Source of the DNA: Alphaproteobacteria bacterium
GTDB taxonomy: Bacteria; Pseudomonadota; Alphaproteobacteria; UBA828
Direction of reading: 5' to 3'
NCBI GenBank assembly: GCA_022826665.1
Contig: JAJDUK010000043.1
Span: 4,047-68,046, forward strand
DNA length: 64,000 nt
In this document: piece after piece, positions 35,864-45,198 of the stretch
How the letters are laid out: each line of letters opens with the position of its first letter
Position numbering within the stretch: position 1 is the first letter of the stretch
Notes under the pieces: generated by a model
Databases searched by the model: none
Told to the model about the DNA's origin: nothing
The model's input: only the letters and a program-made list of their open reading frames with translations
Position numbers and translations under genes: made by a program

Positions 35864-37421
35864 CCGGCACCGCGCTCGCCGATGGGAGCGGAATGGCCAG
35901 CGAGCGCCCGGTCATCGCCGCCGGCGTGAGCAGGCCCATGAGGTCGAGGACGGTCGGTGCGATATCGGAAAGTCCGCCGTCACCAAGCGCCAGGCCCGGC
36001 GCACCGACGAGCACGGCGGGGACGGGGCCGTCGGTGTGCGCAGTGTGGGGAGTCGTGCCGTCGGCGCCGCGCATCCGCTCGGCGTTGCCGTGATCGGCGG
36101 TGATGAGCAGTGCGCCGCCCGCTTGCTCCACGGCACCGGCGAGCCGGCCGAGGCACCGGTCCACCGCAGCAACCGCCGCCATCGTAGCCGCGAGGTTGCC
36201 GCTGTGGCCCACCATGTCGGTGTTGGCGTAGTTCACCACGATCAGGTCGAAGCGCCCGCTCGCGACCGCCCCCACCACGCGGTCGGTCACCGCCGGGGCC
36301 GACATCTCGGGCTGCAGGTCGTAAGTCGCGACCTTGGGCGAGGGCACGAGCTCCCGCTCCTCCCCCGGCATCTCCTTCTCCTCGCCGCCGTTGAGGAAGA
36401 AGGTGACGTGGGCGTATTTTTCCGTCTCGGCGACGCGAAGCTGCCGCAGCCCGGCGCGCGAAACGACGTCGCCCAGATGGTCCGTCACCTGCAGCGGCGG
36501 GAACAGCGTATCGGCCAGCCTATCCAGGGTCTCGGAATAGCTGCACATGCCGCAGGCTGTGGCGAAGCGCACGCGGCGCGTGCGCGCGAAGCCGTCGAAG
36601 GCCGGGTCGAGCAGCGCCGTCATGATCTGGCGTGCACGGTCGGCGCGGAAGTTGGCCATGATCAGCCCGTCGCCGTCGGCCATTCCCTCGTAACCGGCGA
36701 TCACCGCGGGCTCGACGAACTCGTCGCCGACGTCCACCGCATAGCTCGCGCTCACGGCCTCGATTGCACTTGCCGCGGGCCGGCCCTGCGCGGAGACCAC
36801 CGCGTCGTAGGCCCGTGCGGTCCGCTCCCAGCGCCGGTCCCGATCCATGGCGTAATAGCGGCCTGCGACCGTCGCGATCCGGACGTTCGGAAGATCGCCG
36901 AGAGCCGACTCGAACGTCGGCACGTCGTTGATGGCCGAACGCGGCGGCACGTCGCGGCCGTCGAGGAAGGCGTGGATCGCGACCGACACGCCCGCGCCAC
37001 TCACCATCCGTGCGAGCGCGGCGATGTGATCTTGGTGCGAATGCACGCCGCCCGGCGAGACCAGTCCCATGAGGTGACAGCGCCCGCCGCTCTCCTTCAG
37101 CCGCCGGATGAGCGAGAGGAGGCCCGGGTTCTGTGCGAGCGAGCCGTCGGCTACGGCGGCATCGATTCGAGGCAGGTCCTGCAGAATCACCCTGCCAGCG
37201 CCGATGGTCATGTGGCCGACCTCAGAGTTGCCCATCTGGCCTTCGGGCAGACCCACGGCAGGTCCGGCGGTGGCGAGCAGGCCGTAAGGGCGCGCGACGG
37301 TCAGCCGGTCCCACACCGGCGTCTCGGCGAGCGCGATGGCATTGTGCTCGGTCTCGGCCCGATGGCCCCACCCGTCCAGCACGCAAAGGACGACGGGTCG
37401 ATATGAGGTCTTGCCGGCCAT
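35832..37421 (-). CDS. gpmI: 2,3-bisphosphoglycerate-independent phosphoglycerate mutase
   Basis: 529 aa. N-terminal VLCVLDGWG and MGNSEVGH, C-terminal ADHGN. Overlaps the convergent amidase 3' end by 32 bp. Confidence 0.9.
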   Translation of the reverse strand: MAGKTSYRPVVLCVLDGWGHRAETEHNAIALAETPVWDRLTVARPYGLLATAGPAVGLPEGQMGNSEVGHMTIGAGRVILQDLPRIDAAVADGSLAQNPGLLSLIRRLKESGGRCHLMGLVSPGGVHSHQDHIAALARMVSGAGVSVAIHAFLDGRDVPPRSAINDVPTFESALGDLPNVRIATVAGRYYAMDRDRRWERTARAYDAVVSAQGRPAASAIEAVSASYAVDVGDEFVEPAVIAGYEGMADGDGLIMANFRADRARQIMTALLDPAFDGFARTRRVRFATACGMCSYSETLDRLADTLFPPLQVTDHLGDVVSRAGLRQLRVAETEKYAHVTFFLNGGEEKEMPGEERELVPSPKVATYDLQPEMSAPAVTDRVVGAVASGRFDLIVVNYANTDMVGHSGNLAATMAAVAAVDRCLGRLAGAVEQAGGALLITADHGNAERMRGADGTTPHTAHTDGPVPAVLVGAPGLALGDGGLSDIAPTVLDLMGLLTPAAMTGRSLAIPLPSASAVPVRSRQPAQAR

Positions 37422-37479
37422 GACCCGGCCTTCTAACCCGCCCGCCCCGCATTGGCCACGGTCGGGGCCTCGGGTCGGC

Positions 37480-38001
37480 TCAGTCCGAGCCCGCGCGGTC
37501 GCTGCGGCTGATGGTGACCGGGGCGCCGCCCGTCAGCGTCTGGTAGACCACGCAGTAGCGCTCCGTCAGCTTGTAGAGCCGGTCGAGGTCCTCCGGCGCG
37601 GCGTCGCTTTCCAGCGCGAAGTGTAGGCGGATCGCCCGAAAACCCACCGGCGCGTCGCGGTCGACACCCAGGGTGCCGCGCACGTCGAGATCGCCTTCGG
37701 CGCTCACCTGCGCGTCCCGGATGTCGATGGAGAGCGCGGTCGCCACGGCTCTCAGCGTCACGCCGGCGCAGGCGACAAGGGCCTGGAGCAGCATGTCGCC
37801 GGAGCAGGCCTGCAGCCCGGTGCCGCCGCCCGAGGGGTGCAGCCCGGCCTCGACCAGCGCCTTGCCGGTATCGACAGAGCACGCGATCTCCGAATCGTCC
37901 ACCGCGCCGGAGGCCTTGAGCACGATGAGGGCGGCATCGGCGTCCTCCCGGTAGCGCTCCTTGAGCGGCGCCTGCAGCGATCTGAGTTGGTCGGCGTCCA
38001 T
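37480..38001 (-). CDS. OsmC/Ohr-family peroxiredoxin-like protein
   Basis: About 173 aa from ATG at complement(37999..38001) with GAGAGGGA RBS. Conserved Cys contexts (ACSGDML, ERYCVV). The remainder of the 447-aa ORF is read-through. Confidence 0.8.
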   Translation of the reverse strand: MDADQLRSLQAPLKERYREDADAALIVLKASGAVDDSEIACSVDTGKALVEAGLHPSGGGTGLQACSGDMLLQALVACAGVTLRAVATALSIDIRDAQVSAEGDLDVRGTLGVDRDAPVGFRAIRLHFALESDAAPEDLDRLYKLTERYCVVYQTLTGGAPVTISRSDRAGSD

Positions 38002-38015
38002 GGTGTGATCCCTCT

Positions 38016-39369
38016 CTATCGTCGATGGGCGGCGGCGGGGTGGCGCGCAGAGAGCCGCGCCTCGCCGAACAGCTTCTCGCGAAGCGTGCCCGGCGCATAG
38101 TTCGATTGCACCAGCCCGCGGCGTCGAAGCTCCGGCACCACGGCCTCGATGAAGTCCGCGAAGGTGCCGGGCGTGACCGCGTAGACGATATTGAAGCCGT
38201 CCACGCCCGCCTCGTGCCAGGTCTGGAACGTGTCTGCGATCTGCTCCGGCGTGCCGACGAGGAACTGGCCCGAGGCGCGGGAGCGCACGAGGTCGCGGAA
38301 GGTAACCGACTTGTCCGGCGCCGATTCGATCAGCCCCCGGACTACGCCCTGTATGGCGTCGGTTTCGAGGCTCGCGAGCGGCGCGTCGAGGTCGATGGCG
38401 CCGAGATCCACGCCGACGCTGCCGCTCATGTGCGCAAGCCCGCCGTCGACGCTCGACTGCGCCGCGTAGTCCGCCGCCTTGGTCTTGGCCTCCGCCTCCG
38501 TTCCGCCCACCACCGGGGTCACGCCCTGGAAGAACAGGATGTCCTCGGGTCGCCGTCCCCGGCGCGCGGCACGGGCGCGGATGTCCTGCACCACGCCGGT
38601 GGATGCCTTGAGGCTCCGCATGGAGGCGAACATGAAGACGCACTCGGCGTGGGTCGCGGCGAACTCCCGCCCGCGCTCCGAGGAGCCCGCCTGGAAGAGC
38701 AGCGGCGTCCGTTGCGGCGAGGGCTCCGAGAGATGCGGCCCCTCGACCTCGTAGTAGTCGCCGGCGTGGTCGATGGGGTGGATTTTGGCCGGGTCGGCAT
38801 AGCGGCTGCGCGCGGTGTCGCAAAGCACCGCGTCCTCCTCCCAGCTTCCCTCCCAGAGTTTGTAGGTGACCTCCAGATACTCCTCGGCACGGGCGTAGCG
38901 CTCGTCATGGGGCGGCAGCCCGCCGAGGCCGAGATTGGTGCCCGCGTTCGGGAGGTAGGAGGTCACGATGTTCCAGGCGATCCGCCCCCGCGTGATGTGA
39001 TCCAGCGTCGAGATCTGGCGGGCGAAGGTGAAGGGCGGCACCTGCAGGACGGAGCTGGTGAAGGCGAAGCCGAGATGCTCGGTCGCCATCGCCATGGCCG
39101 GGATCAACGGCATCGGGTCGTTGGCCGGGATCTGCACCGCCTCGACGATCGCGGTCTCCGGCCCGCCGCGATAGAGGTCGTAGGTGCCGATCACGTCGGC
39201 GAGGAAGAGCGCGTCGAAGCCGCCCCTCTCCAGCAGCCGAGCGAGCTCGATCCAGGGCTCGATCCGGTTGAACTCGCGCTGGCGCGTGTCGTCCCGCACC
39301 CAGAGACCGTGCTGGATGTGGGAGACGCAGTTCATCGAGAACGCGTTGAGGTGGATGCGCTTCTTCATC
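38016..39369 (-). CDS. LLM-class flavin-dependent monooxygenase (NtaA/SnaA/DszA family)
   Basis: About 450 aa from MKKRIHLNAF (ATG complement 39367..39369). Bacterial-luciferase TIM-barrel features and family-typical length. Confidence 0.85.
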
Positions 39370-39504
39370 GGCGTCCGCCTCCGGGGTCGCGAACCAGCAT
39401 GGCACGCTCGCGCCGGCTGCGAAATGCGCGTGACGTGCCGGCGAGATTGCCCATTCTGTATGGTCGAAATCCTCGAGTCGTTGCGGTGACCGGCGGGGGA
39501 GGCG

Positions 39505-40302
39505 ATGGCGGAAGATCGTGCGGCAAGCGGGACAGTCGGCGTGAAGGACAAGGTGGTGCTGATCACCGGGGCATCGCGCGGCATCGGCGCGTGCTGCGTG
39601 CGCGCGCTGCTCGATGGCGGCGCGTCCGTCGTCATCCACTACAACCAGAACCGGGAGGCGGCCGAGGTGCTGGCCGAAGCGGCGCCCGATCGCTGCCACC
39701 TGGTGGGTGCCGATCTGACGGATGAGGAGGCGCCCAAGACGCTTTGGCAGCGGGCGCTCGCTTGGCAGGGCCGGATCGACGTGCTGGTCAACAACGCGGC
39801 GGTCTACGAGGCCGAGCCCGCCTTTGCCGAAGACGACGCCTGGCCCGAGGCGTGGCGCGCGGTCTGGCAGCGCACGCTACAGCTCAACCTCCTGGCACCT
39901 GCCGAGCTTGCCACCCGCACCGTCGCGCACTTCCAGGCGCGCGGAGAGGGCGGCATCCTGATCCACCTCTCGAGCCGGGCCGCCCATCGGGGCGAGAAGC
40001 CGCTGCTCGGCTCATACGCGGCCAGCAAGGGCGCCCTCAACGCGCTGAGCCACACGCTCGCCCGCACCCACGGCGGCGATGGCATCCTTTCTTACGCGGT
40101 GGCGCCGGGCTGGGTCGGCACCGACATGTCGTGGGATTACATCAACGAGACCGGCGATCGCGGCCCGCTCGGCGAGAATGCTCTGGGCACGCTGATCCCG
40201 CCCGAGGAGGTGGCGAACATCGTGAGCTTCCTCGCGTCAGGCGCGGCCCGGCATGCCACCGGCACCATCATCGACATCAACGGCGCGTCTTTCCCGCGCT
40301 AG
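39505..40302 (+). CDS. SDR family oxidoreductase
   Basis: 265 aa. VLITGASRGIG, NNAA, YAASKGA motifs. Confidence 0.85.
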   Translation: MAEDRAASGTVGVKDKVVLITGASRGIGACCVRALLDGGASVVIHYNQNREAAEVLAEAAPDRCHLVGADLTDEEAPKTLWQRALAWQGRIDVLVNNAAVYEAEPAFAEDDAWPEAWRAVWQRTLQLNLLAPAELATRTVAHFQARGEGGILIHLSSRAAHRGEKPLLGSYAASKGALNALSHTLARTHGGDGILSYAVAPGWVGTDMSWDYINETGDRGPLGENALGTLIPPEEVANIVSFLASGAARHATGTIIDINGASFPR

Positions 40303-40348
40303 CAAGCGTGAGCCAGTCGTGGGAGGCGCGACAACCACGGAGGACAAC

Positions 40349-41456
40349 CATGAAGGCAACCACAGGCGCAGCGATGCTGGCCACAATTGGTCTGCTGGCA
40401 CTTCCGGCTTGCGTACACGATAACGGGGACGGCGCTTCAGACCGTCCAACGACCGGCGAAACGGACGAGTCCACAGAAACTTTCGACGATTTGCGTGGGA
40501 CCAACGCGACCGAAATCCTGGACGTGACCGGCGAGGCAGCAGTTTCGCTGCCCCAATTCGGAGGCGGAGGCGTTGCTCAGTCCGCAGGCGTTGGCGTAGC
40601 GGGCGATTCCAGCGTTTCCACGAGCTTCGACGGCACTGACCTGACCGTCACGATATCGCGCGAGGATGGCAGCGCGCTGACGCTGAACTCGGGAAGCGAT
40701 TCGTCCGAGGGTTCCGAAACCGTCGACTCGCCTATCGCCGGCCACGGCGCTCAAAGTTGGGTCCTGTTTGAGCCCACCGCCGACGGCATGTCGGTCGCGA
40801 TCGCCACGGTGACCGCAAACGAGGACGATGCGGCCGACTACCTGTCCGTGGGTCATTGGATGCACATCGCTGTCGATGTGGCTGAATTCAGCTTCACCGG
40901 CGCGGAGATCGGAGCGTTCGTCGATGGGCCTGAGCTCATGGCACCGCCGGCCAATCTGCCGGCCGGGGGAACGGCGTCATATTACGGGCCGGCATCGGGC
41001 GCCTACAGCGACCTCCATGGCACCGACACGGGGGTCGTCCCGGGTTCGACGGAGGGCGGCATCTTCGACTCGACCGTCGAGCTCGCGGCCGATTTTGCAG
41101 ACAACACCATTTCCGGATGTGTGGGCTGCCGCGATGGGGTCGCGCTGTTCGGGGAACTGTACGATGCAGACACCGGTGAGAGCACCGAAGTCATGTTTGA
41201 GGATTCTGGTTACCGGCTGCACCTCGATCCCACCAGTCTCGTCTCCGACGTCACCTTCCTCGGCGAGGATATGCGCTTGGAGCACCCGGACATTTCAATC
41301 GCGAGCACGGAGGGTGCGTGGGGCGGTCGGTTCTCGAGCATTGCGGACAGCGTCGGCGATCCCCGCCTGGTGGCCGGCACCTTTGGCGCTGAAGCGACCA
41401 GCGCCGGCGGGAGCGAGGGCGCCTTCCTCGGCTCCTTCGTCGGCACGAAGGAATAG
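40349..41456 (+). CDS. lipoprotein with TbpB-like (transferrin-binding-protein-B-type) beta-barrel C-terminal motifs
   Basis: ATG 40349 preceded by GGAGGA. Signal peptide with lipobox LALPAC. Acidic, Gly/Ser/Thr-rich. C-terminus RLVAGTFGAEATSAGGSEGAFLGSFVGTKE resembles the terminal strand motifs of TbpB/fHbp-type surface-lipoprotein barrels. GC visibly lower than neighbours. Confidence 0.6.
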
Positions 41457-41470
41457 TAGGCGGTTTGCCA

Positions 41471-41479
41471 GGGGGGGGG
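41471..41479. repeat. G9 homopolymeric tract 15 nt downstream of the lipoprotein stop
   Basis: ccaGGGGGGGGGcgc read directly from the sequence. Confidence 0.9.
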
Positions 41480-41563
41480 CGCTCCGCCCAAGCTGCTCAG
41501 GTTGCCCTACACAATATCGTCGGTGCGCTTGATTGAGTGTGAACCACAGATTACATTTCGCCT

Positions 41564-41860
41564 GTGCCCGAGGTTGTCGAGAGCGCCACGTTCAGGCGTT
41601 GGATTCGTGGATTACGCGATCGGAGGGCCGTTGCACGGATCAACGCGCGATTACGTAACGTCTCGCTGGGCAACGTCGGGGATGCGAGGTCGGTGGGCGA
41701 CGGTCTGTTCGAGCTGCGGGTGCATCACGGACCCGGTTACCGCATCTATTTTCTGCGGGAGGGTGCGATGGTCGTCTTGCTCTGCGGGGGCGACAAGAGC
41801 AGCCAGCAACGCGATATCGAACGCGCCAGCAGGCTGGCGAGAGAGTGGAGGAATCGATGA
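41564..41860 (+). CDS. type II toxin (RelE/ParE superfamily, HigB-like 'addiction module killer')
   Basis: 98 aa, GTG start. Matches the upstream-of-HI1419-type killer-protein pattern (FRRWIRGLRDRRAVARINARL ... GPGYRIYF ... LLCGGDKSSQQRDIERA). Confidence 0.8.
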   Translation: MPEVVESATFRRWIRGLRDRRAVARINARLRNVSLGNVGDARSVGDGLFELRVHHGPGYRIYFLREGAMVVLLCGGDKSSQQRDIERASRLAREWRNR

Positions 41861-42144
41861 CCGAAGCGTTCACCAAGTGGGACGTTGCCGAGCATCTCTG
41901 CACTCGCGAAGACGCGCGCCTCTACCTGGAAGCCTGCGCGGAAGAGGATCCGGGCGATGGCAGTCTGGTCCGCGCCGCTCTGAACGATATCGCGCGGGCG
42001 GGCAACATGAGCCAATTGGCCCGCGAGGTGGGGATGAGCCGCGAGGGGCTCTACAAGGCGCTGTCGGAGGAGGGAAACCCCAGCTTTGCGACAGTGACGC
42101 GAATCGCACGGGCGCTGGGATTGCAGGTGCGGATCACGGCGTAG
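41845..42144 (+). CDS. HigA-family antidote protein (XRE-type HTH antitoxin)
   Basis: About 95 aa, overlaps the toxin 3' end. Conserved GMSREGLYKALSEEGNPSFATV..ALGL motif of the 'addiction module antidote' family. Confidence 0.8.
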   Translation: MEESMTEAFTKWDVAEHLCTREDARLYLEACAEEDPGDGSLVRAALNDIARAGNMSQLAREVGMSREGLYKALSEEGNPSFATVTRIARALGLQVRITA

Positions 42145-42163
42145 CCACTGTGCCGTCCCGCCC

Positions 42164-42877
42164 TCACCGCCCGCGGCGTTCGTAGACGTTCGCTCTCGGG
42201 GTGGCGCCGATGCGCTTGGCGATGGCCTTCCACCGAGCGCCATGGCGGGCTTCGGGGCCGGCCAGCGCGTGGGCGATCTCGTGCAGGATCGTATCCCTGA
42301 TCTCGGCCTCGCTGGCGTCGAGGGCGTGAGCCCGGCCGATGCGGATCACGCGCTCCTGGAAGTTGCAGTCGCCGAGGCGCCGCTCGGCTTCGAGGAAGGC
42401 GAAGGTCCACGTGTCGAGACCGTGCTCGTCCATCAAATCCCGCGCCATCGCGGCGATGCGGGTCAGCCGTTCCGCCCCGTTGCGCAACCGTCCTTTCCCG
42501 GTGCCCGCGTCGCTCAGGCCGGCGTAGGGCACATTCCACAGGGTCCGGCCCGCCCGCACCCTGGCCTGGGTCGGGTTGAGCTTCACGATCCTGCCCTGAA
42601 GCGCGCCGTCGGCGCTGGCGAAGGTCACCCGGTCGCCCACCCGCCAGCGGGCGCGCGCCGCGTCTTGCGGTGTCAGCATCGTCGCGCGGCGGGCGCGGCC
42701 GGAAGGCGAGAGCGCCGCCTCCGACACCTTCCAGGTCTGGTCTTCGCCGTCGATCACCGTCGCGAGGCGCCTGTGGCCCGGCCGGCGGAGGAGGTGGCCG
42801 TGGATCGTCCGTCCGCGATGGCTGAAGCGCACGGCATCGCCGATGGAGAGCGCCTGATCCTCCCGCCGCTCGACCAC
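42164..42877 (-). CDS. SprT-like domain zinc metallopeptidase-family protein
   Basis: 237 aa. HExxH-type ILHEIAHAL motif in a SprT-like C-terminal domain. Confidence 0.75.
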   Translation of the reverse strand: MVERREDQALSIGDAVRFSHRGRTIHGHLLRRPGHRRLATVIDGEDQTWKVSEAALSPSGRARRATMLTPQDAARARWRVGDRVTFASADGALQGRIVKLNPTQARVRAGRTLWNVPYAGLSDAGTGKGRLRNGAERLTRIAAMARDLMDEHGLDTWTFAFLEAERRLGDCNFQERVIRIGRAHALDASEAEIRDTILHEIAHALAGPEARHGARWKAIAKRIGATPRANVYERRGR

Positions 42878-43174
42878 CCACTCACTCCTTTCCGCCCCCG
42901 CCGTCTCTAACCGCTCGCGCGGTGCCCGGCGCGGGCCGCGACTCGGCGGTCATTGTGCTAAGACTTGTACAGGATTCGACGCCGCGGGGGGCAATTCGTC
43001 GGCAGAGCCCGAGGCGGTCTTCCCGTCGCCGTCATGTACGCCAACGCGTCCAATTTGCCTTGTTTTACGGGCATAACCGCACATTTGCGCACCGGGTGAT
43101 AGCTCCAAGCCCGAAGCCATTCTGCGCATTGATGTATTGACAACGGATGCCCGAGGGTTACAAGCCCGGCCGTC

Positions 43175-44443
43175 ATGTTCAGCGCCCGGTGGATTCGCGA
43201 GAACGGCGCCGCGTTCGACGCAGGCCTCGCTCGGCGCGGCGTAGAACCCCATGCCGAGCGGGTGATAGAGCTCGATGCGCGCAGGCGCGAGGCCCTGACC
43301 ACATTTCAGGACCGTCAGCAGGCGCGCAACCGGATGTCGAAGGAGATCGGCGCTGTCCGAGGCCGGGGCGAGGACACCACTGCCCTCGTCGCCGAGGTCG
43401 GGACGCTGAAGGACGAAGCCCAGGCGCTGGAGCGGGAAGAGAAGGCGCTCGGCGCAGAGCTCGACGAGTTACTCTCAGGGCTCCCCAACCTGCCAGCGGA
43501 CGACGTGCCCGACGGCGCCGACGAGGGCGCCAACGTCGAGATCAGGCGCTGGGGCGAGCCGGCGCATGCGGACGGCAGCGCGAAACAGCACTTCGAGATC
43601 GGCGAGGCCCTCGGGCTGATGGACTTCGAGCGGGCGGCCAAGCTCTCGGGCTCCCGCTTCGTCGTGCTCTCGGGCGCGCTGGCGCGGCTGGAACGGGCGC
43701 TCGCCACCTTCATGCTGGACATGCACACCACCGAGTTCGGCTACACCGAGACCGCGCCGCCGCTGCTGGTGCGCGACGCCGCCGCCTTCGGCACCGGCAA
43801 CCTGCCGAAGTTCGAGGAGGACCTGTTCCACACCGCCGACGGCTTCTGGCTGATCCCGACGGCAGAGATGCCGCTCACCAACCTCGTAGCCGGCGAAATC
43901 CTGGAGGCGGACTCGCTGCCGCTCCGGTTCACCGCCTACACGCCCTGCTTCCGGGCCGAGGCCGGCGCCGCCGGCAAGGACACCAGAGGGATGCTGCGTC
44001 AGCACCAGTTCTCCAAGGTCGAGCTGGTGAGCATAACCCGGCCGGAGGAATCGGAGGCCGAGCACGAGCGCATGACTGCCTGCGCCGAGGAGGTGCTGAA
44101 GCGGCTCGGCCTCACCTACCGGGTGGTGGTGCTGTGCGCGGGCGACATGGGCTTCTCGGCCCGCAAGACTTACGACATCGAGGTCTGGCTGCCGGGGCAG
44201 GGGCGCTACCGTGAAATCTCGAGCTGCTCCAACTGCTGGGATTTTCAGGCGCGGCGGATGAACGCCCGCTACCGCAAGGCCGGCGAGCGGCAGACGCGGT
44301 TCGTCCACACCCTCAACGGCTCGGCGCTGGCGGTCGGCCGCACCTTGGTTGCAGTGCTGGAGGCCTACCAGCAGGAGGGCGGCGGCGTGGCGGTGCCCGA
44401 AGCACTCCGCTCCTATCTCGGTGGCCTGGAGGCGATCGGCTGA
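43175..44443 (+). CDS. serS: serine--tRNA ligase
   Basis: 422 aa. N-terminal coiled coil ([22 protein letters not shown]) and class II core ([18 protein letters not shown]). Confidence 0.9.
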   Translation: MFSARWIRENGAAFDAGLARRGVEPHAERVIELDARRREALTTFQDRQQARNRMSKEIGAVRGRGEDTTALVAEVGTLKDEAQALEREEKALGAELDELLSGLPNLPADDVPDGADEGANVEIRRWGEPAHADGSAKQHFEIGEALGLMDFERAAKLSGSRFVVLSGALARLERALATFMLDMHTTEFGYTETAPPLLVRDAAAFGTGNLPKFEEDLFHTADGFWLIPTAEMPLTNLVAGEILEADSLPLRFTAYTPCFRAEAGAAGKDTRGMLRQHQFSKVELVSITRPEESEAEHERMTACAEEVLKRLGLTYRVVVLCAGDMGFSARKTYDIEVWLPGQGRYREISSCSNCWDFQARRMNARYRKAGERQTRFVHTLNGSALAVGRTLVAVLEAYQQEGGGVAVPEALRSYLGGLEAIG

Positions 44444-45198
44444 TGCGCGTCCTCGTCACCAACGACGACGGCATCGAGGCGCCCGGCATCAAGGTGCTGG
44501 AGCGGATCGCGCGCGGCCTCTCCGACGACGTGTGGGTGGTGGCGCCCGAGACCCAGCAGAGCGCGGCCTCGCATTCGCTCACGCTGCACCGGCCGCTCCG
44601 CATCCGCCGCATCTCGAAGCGCCGCCATGCGGTCAACGGCACGCCCACCGACTGCGTCTTCCTCGCCTTCAACAAGATCATGGCCGACGGGCGGCCCGAC
44701 TTGGTGCTTTCCGGCGTCAACGACGGCCCCAACGTTGGCGAGGACGTGACCTATTCCGGCACCATCGCGGCGGCCATGGAGGCGACACTGTTCGGCGCGC
44801 CCGCGGTGGCGCTTAGCCAGGCCTACGGGGATGACCGCAAGCACCATTGGGCGACTGCAGAGCAATGGGCCGGGTGTCTCCTGCCCATGCTGATCGAGCG
44901 CGGATGGCCCAAGCGTGTCCTCATCAATGTGAATTTCCCTGACTTGCCCGCTGCCGAGGTGCGCGGGATCAGGGTGGTGCGTCAGGGCTTGCACGCGCTC
45001 GACGACACCCTGGAGGAGCGGATCGACCCCCGGGGTAGGTCCTACTACTGGATCGGTGCGCAGTTGCCTGCCGCCGGCAGCGGGCAGCGCGGCACCGACA
45101 TGAATGCTCTCGACAAGGGCTACGTCTCGGTCACCCCGCTCCATATGGACCTTACCCACCGGCGGACCCTGACTTGGCTGCGGGAGGTCATCGAATGA
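44443..45198 (+). CDS. surE: 5'/3'-nucleotidase SurE
   Basis: [12 protein letters not shown]-terminus, 251 aa. ATG overlaps the serS stop. Confidence 0.9.
   Translation: MRVLVTNDDGIEAPGIKVLERIARGLSDDVWVVAPETQQSAASHSLTLHRPLRIRRISKRRHAVNGTPTDCVFLAFNKIMADGRPDLVLSGVNDGPNVGEDVTYSGTIAAAMEATLFGAPAVALSQAYGDDRKHHWATAEQWAGCLLPMLIERGWPKRVLINVNFPDLPAAEVRGIRVVRQGLHALDDTLEERIDPRGRSYYWIGAQLPAAGSGQRGTDMNALDKGYVSVTPLHMDLTHRRTLTWLREVIE

Noticed and set aside
41471-41479. G9 tract as a definite phase-variation switch
   Set aside because: It lies 3' of the lipoprotein stop codon and 5' of the toxin gene rather than within a CDS or a promoter spacer, so slipped-strand control is speculative. Kept only as an observation.
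42878-43174. Small ORFs (42950..43252 and 42958..43302, minus) in the SprT/serS intergenic region as possible small proteins
   Set aside because: They overlap the likely serS promoter region, have no RBS, and show Arg/Ala-rich noise composition.
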